A stretch of 64,000 nt of DNA from Pseudanabaena sp. BL-A-41 (GTDB taxonomy: Bacteria; Cyanobacteriota; Cyanobacteriia; Pseudanabaenales; Pseudanabaenaceae). The stretch covers positions 4,634,158 through 4,698,157 of the forward strand of contig CP192607.1 of assembly GCA_050632425.1 (NCBI GenBank), in the 5' to 3' direction. A model generated the notes under the pieces. The model was not told the DNA's origin, did not search any database, and worked only from the letters and a program-made list of their open reading frames with translations. The position numbers and the translations under genes are program-made. Position 1 is the first letter of the stretch. Each line of letters opens with the position of its first letter. Of the stretch, positions 56,358 through 64,000 are shown piece after piece.

Positions 56358-57509
56358 ATGCTAAAAAATTTCAAAAAAACAAGCTATATAGCTTTACTAA
56401 GTAACTGGACGCAATTAAATATAAAACCCCAAAAACTGTGGCGCACGCTGCGCGTGCGCCACAGTTTTTGGTTCTGGGTTTTAATTATGCCCAGCTACTT
56501 AACAGCGATCGCTGTCATCATGATGTCGATCGGTTATGGTTTGTTTCCTGATACATCTCAAGCTCAGCCGCAAAAACAAGTACCTAAACCAGCACCTACG
56601 CAAACATCTAAACCAACACCTAAAAATAAACCCTTGCCAGTAGTTAAAAAAATTAGCTTACAAGATGCTGGATTAAAATTGCAAAAGGTGGGGCAAGGAG
56701 TTTATGCTTTAGTCGCGAGTGGGGACATTCCACCTGTATTGCCGACGGTGGCAATTTGTAACGGGGGCATTGTCATTGGTAGTGATAGTGTTTTGGTAAT
56801 TGATCCTTTTCATTCACCTCAGTTGGCTGAATTGATGATCACAACAGTGAAATCACTTACAGATAAACCCATTAAATATGTTGTAAATACGCATTATCAT
56901 TTTGCAAGAACAGGGGGCAATGCTACTTTTATCAAGTTAGGGATTCCTGTGCTTGGACGTGGAGCAATCCGTGAATATATTCGCATGGGTAAAGATGGGA
57001 CAACAGGCTTCACGCCTCCTAATGTAGTCCTCAATAATCAAGTCACCCTCGATCTTTGGTTAGGCGATCGCCAAGTCAAAATTGAACCTGTAGAGGGTCA
57101 TGCCTCTGGTACTGATTTGGTTGTTTATGTACCTGATGCTAAGGTTTTATTTGCTGGGGATATGGTTTTTCATCAGCGAATTCCCTACACTGGGGACAGC
57201 GATCTGCGTAAGTGGCAAGCTAGCTTAGCTCGCTTAATTACGAATTTCCCCAATGCTAAAGTTGTGCCCGGAGAAGGAGAAGTTACGGATGTGACTGCGG
57301 TAAAAGATCAGCAAACTTACTTTAGTTGGTTAGAAAATTTAGCATTTCAATGGAAAGCGCAAAATTTGACTAAGGAGCAAGTTCTAGAGAAATTTGCTAA
57401 AGTGCCCGATGCTTACAAAGACTACAAATTTCAAAGTTTATATAGCCTAACCTTGATCTCAGCCTATGACCAATTTACGCGGAGCCAAAATATTCCATTG
57501 ATTCCCTAA
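56358..57509 (+). CDS. MBL-fold paralog lacking the Zn2-site ligands, with a MITE inserted in frame in the signal-peptide region
   Basis: Collinear with 55258-56280, but HYHFARTGG (56892-56909) and PGEGE (Glu codon 57273-57275) replace HYHFDHTGG and PGHGD. Codons 15-48 are encoded by the repeat at 56400-56499. Alternative start at ATG 56487. Confidence 0.7.
   Translation: MLKNFKKTSYIALLSNWTQLNIKPQKLWRTLRVRHSFWFWVLIMPSYLTAIAVIMMSIGYGLFPDTSQAQPQKQVPKPAPTQTSKPTPKNKPLPVVKKISLQDAGLKLQKVGQGVYALVASGDIPPVLPTVAICNGGIVIGSDSVLVIDPFHSPQLAELMITTVKSLTDKPIKYVVNTHYHFARTGGNATFIKLGIPVLGRGAIREYIRMGKDGTTGFTPPNVVLNNQVTLDLWLGDRQVKIEPVEGHASGTDLVVYVPDAKVLFAGDMVFHQRIPYTGDSDLRKWQASLARLITNFPNAKVVPGEGEVTDVTAVKDQQTYFSWLENLAFQWKAQNLTKEQVLEKFAKVPDAYKDYKFQSLYSLTLISAYDQFTRSQNIPLIP
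56400..56499. mobile_element. MITE family A, full-length copy inside the CDS 56358-57509
   Basis: agtaactggacgcaattaaatataaaacccc...gtggcgcacgctgcgcgtgcgccac...ttaattatgcccagctact. TA at 56398-99 and 56500-01. Confidence 0.8.
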
Positions 57510-57525
57510 ATCTGAAGCAAATCGG

Positions 57526-58449
57526 GTGTCACGCTTCTTAACTTATATTCCTTTATTACCTGTTGTTATGGTTATGCGTCCTTTTAAATTTCCTTTACTG
57601 ATTGGTTTGAGCTTACTGTCGGCGATCGCGGCGGTGATATTTGGTGTATCCAAGGCAGATGCTTTACAGGTAATGCTGAAACCAAATCCACCTGTACTGG
57701 GTGATACGGTATCGGTATGGATTGCCACCGATCAAAAAACAGGCGTGCCACCAACGGTATCAGTTGATCGCAAGCAGTTTCCTGCTTTTCAAATGTCAGC
57801 CAATCGCTGGCGTGCCTTTATTCCTACGACTCCCCTCGATCAAGTGGGACTCAAGCAGGTGGTAGTCACAGGCGACGGTTTGAAGCAAACTTTGCCGATG
57901 CAATTAGGCGATCGCGACTTTCCCACTCAGAGTATTTGGCTGAGTGGTTCTGGTAGTGATTTAGAGCCAACGGATTACGAATGGGACAAGGTATCGGCAT
58001 TTAAGAAATTAGTAACACCCCAAAAGTTCTGGAATGGGGCATTTTTAAAACCTAATGAAGGCGAAATTACTACAGGCTTTGGGGTGCGCCGCTATTACAA
58101 TGGAGAGTTTGCCAATGACTATTACCATCGCGGTATTGACTATGCGGGTGGCTATGGCTCACCCGTGATTGCACCTGCGGCTGGCTATGTGCGCTTAGTC
58201 GGAACAGTTTCGCAGGGCTTTCGTTTGCATGGCAATACGGTTGGAGTCGATCACGGGCAAGGCGTAGAGAGTATATTTCTCCATCTCAGTGAAATTTATG
58301 TAAAAGAGGGAGATTTTGTAAAGGCGGGACAAGCGATAGGTGCAGTCGGGGCAACGGGTGCGGCAACGGGTCCCCATCTGCATTGGGGACTTTATGTGAA
58401 TGGCGAAGCGATCAATCCTGTGGCTTGGCGCTATGAGGGCGTTGAATAA
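57526..58449 (+). CDS. M23-family (LytM-type) metallopeptidase
   Basis: HRGIDYAG (HxxxD) and GPHLHWGLYVNG (HxH). N-terminal TM segment. GTG 57526 or ATG 57568 as start. Confidence 0.85.
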   Translation: MSRFLTYIPLLPVVMVMRPFKFPLLIGLSLLSAIAAVIFGVSKADALQVMLKPNPPVLGDTVSVWIATDQKTGVPPTVSVDRKQFPAFQMSANRWRAFIPTTPLDQVGLKQVVVTGDGLKQTLPMQLGDRDFPTQSIWLSGSGSDLEPTDYEWDKVSAFKKLVTPQKFWNGAFLKPNEGEITTGFGVRRYYNGEFANDYYHRGIDYAGGYGSPVIAPAAGYVRLVGTVSQGFRLHGNTVGVDHGQGVESIFLHLSEIYVKEGDFVKAGQAIGAVGATGAATGPHLHWGLYVNGEAINPVAWRYEGVE

Positions 58450-58591
58450 CGCGAGTTCGGGATAATTTGAAACGGGCTGTGAGAGAGGGTTTGCTACGCA
58501 AACCCTCTCTCACAGCCCAAAAGTAAAAGCCTTGCGTAGCAAGGCTTTTACTTTTAGGCTTTTAAAATTTGCCAGCTTAACTCGAACTGAT
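58450..58591 (-). mobile_element. MITE family B, second copy in opposite orientation, flanked by a 9-bp direct repeat
   Basis: Its reverse complement aligns end to end with 42278-42419 (same 142-bp length). GTTGAATAA occurs at 58441-49 and 58592-600. Confidence 0.8.
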
Positions 58592-58628
58592 GTTGAATAA
58601 AAAAACACGAAGTGATTTTTTATTCGGA

Positions 58629-59456
58629 CTAGGCAAGTCCAAACCAGCCAAGATAGGTTGTCAGAATCGATTTGCCAAAAAACAGGGAAATTGCGCCGCC
58701 GATCGCTAGAAAAGGTCCAAAGGGAATTGGTTGCTGTTTGCCCAATTTACTGATGATTACAGCGATCGCTCCCACGCAAGTGCCGATCACTGAGGCAAGT
58801 AAAATTGTGAGCAAAACCTGTTGCCATCCCAACCACATACCAATCATGGCTGCAAGTTTGGGATCGCCGCCACCCATCGCTTCCTTTTGCAGGAAAATTC
58901 TGCCCGCAATTCGCATGATGTCGAGTAGCCAAATGCCAAGCACAGCACCGCCAATTCCCAATAGTAAATGTGCGGCAAAACTAGTGCGATCGCTACTATT
59001 GGCAAACGCTAAACTGCCTTGATAGACCAACCCTAGTACAAGCCCTGACTGAGTTAAGGAGTTCGGTAAAGTCATCGTATCGAAGTCGATCATTGACAAT
59101 GCCAATAACCAACTGAGAAACAAGGCATAGAATCCTAAAATTAGAGGTGGTTGTGAAGTTCCAAAATAAGCTGCCACACACCAGAACAAGAATGCTGTGA
59201 ATGCCTCGATCGCAGGATAGCGCCAAGATACTGGTGTATGGCAATAACGACATTTACCTCTGATTAAAAACCAACCAATAATCGGAATATTATCGCGTGG
59301 TGCAAGTTGGCGCAGACAGTGGGGACAACGTGAGGGTGGATGCAGAATTGATAGTCCCGCAGGCACACGATAAATCACCACGTTCAAGAAGCTACCAATA
59401 CAAGCTCCGATCGCGATCGCTAAAATTTGTAAAAAAAGGGATTCGATGAATAACAA
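58629..59456 (-). CDS. pilD: Prepilin (type IV) leader peptidase/N-methyltransferase, A24 family
   Basis: GSFLNVVIYR, CPHC...C..C zinc-finger-like pairs, IDFD and GGGDPKL aspartate motifs. TTG start. Confidence 0.85.
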   Translation of the reverse strand: MLFIESLFLQILAIAIGACIGSFLNVVIYRVPAGLSILHPPSRCPHCLRQLAPRDNIPIIGWFLIRGKCRYCHTPVSWRYPAIEAFTAFLFWCVAAYFGTSQPPLILGFYALFLSWLLALSMIDFDTMTLPNSLTQSGLVLGLVYQGSLAFANSSDRTSFAAHLLLGIGGAVLGIWLLDIMRIAGRIFLQKEAMGGGDPKLAAMIGMWLGWQQVLLTILLASVIGTCVGAIAVIISKLGKQQPIPFGPFLAIGGAISLFFGKSILTTYLGWFGLA

Positions 59457-59525
59457 AGAAATTTTAAAAATCTAGTATTTGGCAATCAAATTACCTAGCG
59501 AAGCTAGGTAATTTGATGTCTGAAT

Positions 59526-59942
59526 CTAGTATGGCAAACAAATTGTGCGTGTTATATAACAATTTGTACCACCGTAGTCACGGCAAACTCTACGAGCAGT
59601 TCTTTCCGCTTGACTTTCATCGGTTGACCAACCACTACCTGCTGCCCCATTACTACTTTCCGATAGTGACATACAAGCATTTCTAGCCCATATCAATACT
59701 TCGCAGTCTCCCGCACCAGAAATGCCTTCACATTCACTTATTGCTCTGTTTTCGGCAGCACTCCGTGAACGGTAATTCCAAGAGTAACCTTTATCTTGAG
59801 TTGAGGGAGAGCGGGCAATCGCGCCATAGCTTTGTGCTGCGGCTTCTAGTCCCCCTATCGCCATTGTGGGAACAACGGCAGCGATTAATAAAGAATTCCA
59901 GAAGTTTTTATGCATAATCTTTGTGCTCCTGAGGTCTTCCAT
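59526..59942 (-). CDS. Secreted Cys-containing protein (DUF4189-like)
   Basis: Signal peptide, YGAIA...GYSWNY.S...A...A...C......C......NAC pattern. Probable start at ATG 59915. Confidence 0.55.
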   Translation of the reverse strand: MEDLRSTKIMHKNFWNSLLIAAVVPTMAIGGLEAAAQSYGAIARSPSTQDKGYSWNYRSRSAAENRAISECEGISGAGDCEVLIWARNACMSLSESSNGAAGSGWSTDESQAERTARRVCRDYGGTNCYITRTICLPY

Positions 59943-60045
59943 AAGACCTTATACTATCTATACTAATATGCCAATCCCAACAAGACTGATTAGGTTGCGA
60001 AGTCTTAACTTAAATAATGCTTAAGCATCCCGAAGGAGTTACAAA

Positions 60046-60843
60046 TTGCTCACAAGTACTAGAAATCCATTAGTTAAACAATTGAAATCACTGGGAGAGA
60101 GTGCGAAAAATCGCAAAGAACAGGGACTTTTTTTGGTGGAAGGAACTCATGCATTGACTGAGGCGATCGCTACGGCTTATCCCCTCTCGATAGTCTGCTG
60201 TACTGAGAAATGGATGGCAGCTAATCCTGATTTATATCAGCAAATTGAAGCATCTGTAGATGAAATCGAACGTATAGAAATTGTTTCAGAAGAAGTACTA
60301 CAAGCGATCGCTACTACTAAAAATCCCGATGGAGTAATTGCCGCCGCCTTTTTACCATCCCGTGAAGTTGCGCCAATCCATAGCTTAGGTCTAGCATTGG
60401 AAACAATTCAAGATCCCGGTAATATCGGGGCAATGATCCGCTCTGCTGTGGCTGTGGGAATTGATGGCATGTTAGTGAGTAGCGATAGTGTCGATTTAAC
60501 GAATCCTAAAATTATTCGGGCTACCGCAGGACAATGGTTTCGCTGTCCCATGCAAACTTCTGCTCATATTGCCGATGATATTCGTAACTTGCAAGCTAAA
60601 GGTGTTAAGGCGATCGCGACTCTGGCAAATGCAAAGCAAACCTATTGGGACTATGACTTTACGCAGCCAACTCTGATTTTGTTGGGAAATGAAGGCAATG
60701 GCTTATCTCAGGAATTAATTGAACTTGCCGATGAAGCGGTAGCTATTCCCCAAAGCGATCGGGTCGAATCCTTAAATGTTGCTATTTGTGCATCATTACT
60801 ACTTTACGAGGCAAAACGGCAAAGAGAAATGGGCAGAAAGTAG
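60046..60843 (+). CDS. TrmH/SpoU-family RNA 2'-O-methyltransferase
   Basis: NP.VK....L, DPGN.GA.IRSA and LLGNEG.GLS...ESLNV are SpoU motifs. TTG start preceded by GGAG. Confidence 0.85.
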   Translation: MLTSTRNPLVKQLKSLGESAKNRKEQGLFLVEGTHALTEAIATAYPLSIVCCTEKWMAANPDLYQQIEASVDEIERIEIVSEEVLQAIATTKNPDGVIAAAFLPSREVAPIHSLGLALETIQDPGNIGAMIRSAVAVGIDGMLVSSDSVDLTNPKIIRATAGQWFRCPMQTSAHIADDIRNLQAKGVKAIATLANAKQTYWDYDFTQPTLILLGNEGNGLSQELIELADEAVAIPQSDRVESLNVAICASLLLYEAKRQREMGRK

Positions 60844-60978
60844 GGAAGTGTGGCAACAGCTTTGGCTGTGGCGATTATACCAATTCACGAAAGTGTGACA
60901 ATACTTTTGTGAATTAAAAATTAAAACCAGTAAGGGGTTTTAAAACTAAAAATGGCTACGCTATTTTTAGTTTTGGTA

Positions 60979-63900
60979 TTAGCTCATAGGCTCATGGGTT
61001 TCCAAATAGTCCTTAATCCAGTTATTCCCTAATTGCAGAAGATTACCTAAATTAAAATCCCATAAAATAATCCGTCCATTAACACTTCCCGAAACGAGAT
61101 TGTCACCATCAGGGCTGAAGCAAACAGACTTTACAGTTGCTTGATGTCCTTGCAAAGTTAGAAGTTCTTTACCATCAATACTCCATATTTTTACTAAGCG
61201 ATCGCTACCACCCGATGCTAAATTGTTGCCATCGGGACTGAAGCAAACACTTCTAACTTCCGCATTATGTTCATTGAGAGTACGTAATAATTTACCTTCA
61301 ATATTCCAGAGTTTAATGCTGCCATCTTTGCTGCTGCTAGCCACAGTATTGTTGTCGGGGCTAAAGCACACGCTATAAACCTCTCCTGTATGTCCAACAA
61401 AGGTATTGAGCAAAGTTCCATCCCAATGCCATATTTTTACAGTTTTATCTTGACTAGCGGTAGCAATCATATTCCCATCAGGACTAAAACAAACCTGATA
61501 AACAGCATTGGCATGACCAACTAAGGTATGTATCCAGTCCCCTTCCTTATTCCATAGTTTGACTGTACTATCTCCACTCGCAGTGGCAAATAATTCCCCA
61601 TCACTACGATAGGCAACACTATAAATTGTTGCTCCATGCTCGTTGTAAATGGTTTTGAGTAAATTCCCTCTAGAATTCCAAATTTTAATTGCGCGATCGC
61701 TACTAACTGATACGAGCAAACGATTGTCGGGACTAAAGCAAATACTATTAATGCTCTCTTTATGGCCTTCTAAGGAAGTTAGCATCTTGGTAGAAATCGC
61801 CATCCAGACTTTCACTTTCAAATCACTACTAGCCGATGCGATAAAGCGACTATCGGAACTATAGACAACGCAATTAACTTCATCTGAATGTCCAACTAAC
61901 TGTGGCAAGAAATTGCCTTGAGACCACCAAAACTTGATCGTCGTATCTTGGCTCCCTGTAAGCATCTTCTGACCAGTACTATTAAATGTAATGCTATGGA
62001 TCGCTCCCTTATGTCCATAGAAAGTTTTGAGTAAATTACCTTTAATATCCCACATTCTAATGGTGCGATCGCTACTGATCGAGGCAAGGGATTGACCATG
62101 AGGATGAAAACGGACTCCCAAAACCTTATCAGAATGTCCTTCGAGAATGGCAAGGAGGCTTCCTTCCATATTCCAAATTTTGATGTCACGACCACGGGCT
62201 GCTGAGGCAATCAGTCTGCCTGATGGTGAGATATCAACATCCTCGATAAAGCTATCATGGGCTTTAATAGTTCTGATCAGAGTACCATCAATATTCCAGA
62301 TAATTAATGTGCGATCGGCGCTCCCTGTAACTATTCGTTCTCCATCAGGACTAAAACAAAGACAGGTAATCCATTTGTGATGTCCACTGCCAAAAGTATT
62401 AAAAGGAACTCCATCATTACGCCATAGCCTAACTTTGGCATCTTCTCCACAGGAGGCAAAGATGGCAGATGTGGGACTGAATCTAACTGCTAAAACGGGA
62501 GCTTGATGATCTTTAATAATTTGAATTGGATTGTCCAAATAGAATTTTTTGGAGTGATCCATTTTCCAGAGGCGGATTGTCCCATCACGGCTCGCTGAGG
62601 CTAGATATTTACCATCATTGCTAAAACTGAGGCTGGTAATCCAATTGGTATGCCCAACAAGGGTTTGCAGTAAGTTACCTTTGTTATCCCAGATTTTAAT
62701 CGTGCGATCGCTACTTCCTGAGGCAATTAAGCGATCATTCACTTGGATCGTAATACAGGTGACAATATCTAAATGGGCATCCAGATGATTATATTCCTGC
62801 ACATTGTAGATAGCTTGATGTAAGGCAGTAATGCCATGCATTCGCAAACCCACTTTTTCAGATATAGAAGTCTCTAAGTCATATAATTGGTTAGCAGCTT
62901 CCATTGCCTCAAGCAAAGCTTCAAATTGTTGATTGAGAATAAATGTCGCTTTTGCTGACGCACTTTTGAGAACGACTTCGGCTTCTGTTAAGCTGGCTTG
63001 CAATCTCTGTTGCATTTCAACTAGTCTGATTTTTGCTTCTTGTTCAGCAACTAGGGTCTGTTCTAACCGACGCTTGGCAGCCGAAAGAATTTGATTGGCT
63101 TCCGCTTGAGCAATGAGCGCGGTTTCTACTTCACGTTTTTCTAGTTCTTGGCTTGCTGAAAAGAATTGATAATCACGATTACTTAAATTCTTATCAGCCG
63201 ACCATGCTAGAGCGTCCTGTAGAGCCTGTCCGCGTAGTAATCGCGACTCATCTTGGTAATTAGAATCGACCCAAGCTTTAAAGGCTTCCCCGTAGGGACG
63301 TAAATTAGCGAGGGCTTGATTTACCCAATTTTGATTAAAGATAGCGGCATAGATGGGATTATAAACCCGCAACTTACCTTCGCGCTTGACTACTAAGCCC
63401 GTAATGCGTAATTCCGTTTGTTCAGGACTATCATCCGCAATAATCCCACCCTCTAGATTCTTTTTTAAAGATGGCTCGGAGGCTAGGATCTGTTGGTATA
63501 AGCCCAGCAGCTTTCCTTGACGATTCTCGCTACTCCAGAGAATGCGATCGCGAATTGTTTTGAAATGTTCTGGCTGATCGTGGATTTCCCAGTTAGAGAT
63601 TAATTGCGATCGCACTAAATTGCTGACCCAAACGAGTTCATGCTGGGCAGGAATTGTCTCCTCTGAATTGATAATCAGTTGACAAATTTTCTGGGTGAGA
63701 AAGGGTTGTCCACCTGTATAAGAGATGATTGCCTTAAGGACAGCAACGGGATTTTGCGACTTAGACACTAAGCCACGCATTAATGGTTTAGCTTCTTTGA
63801 GTTGAAAGCCCTTTAGTTCGATCGCTCGACCAATATTAAAAGGAGTGCGTTGCTTATCCCGAATCAGATCCGCAGGTGTCGCCACTCCAAATAGGGCAAA

Positions 63901-64000
63901 GGTTAAGCGATTATAGGCAATGCGATCGGCGCGACGATTGAATAATTCGCGAATTAAGGCAAAAAAATCATCGACAGGAAAATTCAAACTGAGGATGCTA
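60979..64000 (-). CDS. AAA-like (STAND-type) domain / coiled coil / 14x WD40-repeat protein; the N-terminus lies outside the window
   Basis: The frame stays open to nt 64000. A helical region of about 270 aa typical of cyanobacterial AAA-like/WD40 proteins is followed by a coiled coil, then 14 units of about 42 aa ending in (I/V)K(I/L)W. Confidence 0.85.
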   Translation of the reverse strand, partial: SILSLNFPVDDFFALIRELFNRRADRIAYNRLTFALFGVATPADLIRDKQRTPFNIGRAIELKGFQLKEAKPLMRGLVSKSQNPVAVLKAIISYTGGQPFLTQKICQLIINSEETIPAQHELVWVSNLVRSQLISNWEIHDQPEHFKTIRDRILWSSENRQGKLLGLYQQILASEPSLKKNLEGGIIADDSPEQTELRITGLVVKREGKLRVYNPIYAAIFNQNWVNQALANLRPYGEAFKAWVDSNYQDESRLLRGQALQDALAWSADKNLSNRDYQFFSASQELEKREVETALIAQAEANQILSAAKRRLEQTLVAEQEAKIRLVEMQQRLQASLTEAEVVLKSASAKATFILNQQFEALLEAMEAANQLYDLETSISEKVGLRMHGITALHQAIYNVQEYNHLDAHLDIVTCITIQVNDRLIASGSSDRTIKIWDNKGNLLQTLVGHTNWITSLSFSNDGKYLASASRDGTIRLWKMDHSKKFYLDNPIQIIKDHQAPVLAVRFSPTSAIFASCGEDAKVRLWRNDGVPFNTFGSGHHKWITCLCFSPDGERIVTGSADRTLIIWNIDGTLIRTIKAHDSFIEDVDISPSGRLIASAARGRDIKIWNMEGSLLAILEGHSDKVLGVRFHPHGQSLASISSDRTIRMWDIKGNLLKTFYGHKGAIHSITFNSTGQKMLTGSQDTTIKFWWSQGNFLPQLVGHSDEVNCVVYSSDSRFIASASSDLKVKVWMAISTKMLTSLEGHKESINSICFSPDNRLLVSVSSDRAIKIWNSRGNLLKTIYNEHGATIYSVAYRSDGELFATASGDSTVKLWNKEGDWIHTLVGHANAVYQVCFSPDGNMIATASQDKTVKIWHWDGTLLNTFVGHTGEVYSVCFSPDNNTVASSSKDGSIKLWNIEGKLLRTLNEHNAEVRSVCFSPDGNNLASGGSDRLVKIWSIDGKELLTLQGHQATVKSVCFSPDGDNLVSGSVNGRIILWDFNLGNLLQLGNNWIKDYLETHEPMS
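61063..62805 (-). repeat. Intragenic array of 14 WD40-coding units of about 126 bp
   Basis: Periodic H...(S/A)SxD.(T/S)(I/V)K(I/L)W units in the translated ORF. Confidence 0.8.

Overview
This 64-kb window looks like a cyanobacterial chromosome segment. The evidence is frequent HIP1 octamers (GCGATCGC), ndhL, an SbtA-like/PII-like pair, a CruA-like gene, two Uma2 endonucleases and an AAA-like/WD40 protein. I call about 59 protein-coding genes. Most are housekeeping (pyrC 3' end, atpG, thiG, mreBCD, rpe, purS-purQ-sixA, nadE, hisF, rpsJ, ndhL). Others are signalling genes (four two-component proteins, one PAS-GGDEF-EAL protein) or envelope genes (MltA, M23 peptidase, prepilin peptidase, glycosyltransferases). 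I found no rRNA, tRNA, CRISPR array, transposase or integrase.

Main findings:
1. An AT-rich two-gene cassette (23700-25577, minus strand) encodes an ABC/AAA_21-type ATPase plus a DUF4276-like partner. It sits between two housekeeping genes. I read it as an uncharacterised OLD/PARIS/AbiL-like candidate defence module, and it is the best candidate for a novel system here.
2. An orphan PD-(D/E)XK nuclease-like gene lies in a second AT-rich, HIP1-free patch (35816-36943).
3. At least five families of miniature palindromic repeats are present. One is a 100-bp TA-flanked MITE inserted in frame into the signal-peptide coding region of a metallo-beta-lactamase-fold paralog. That paralog has also lost exactly the three Zn2-site ligands.
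4. Tandem duplications of gene 3' ends together with a hairpin occur at the mreD and Uma2 loci.
5. A degenerate, C-terminally truncated DNA-methyltransferase-like ORF appears translationally coupled to a small membrane protein gene.

All family assignments come from motif recognition by eye. No searches were run.
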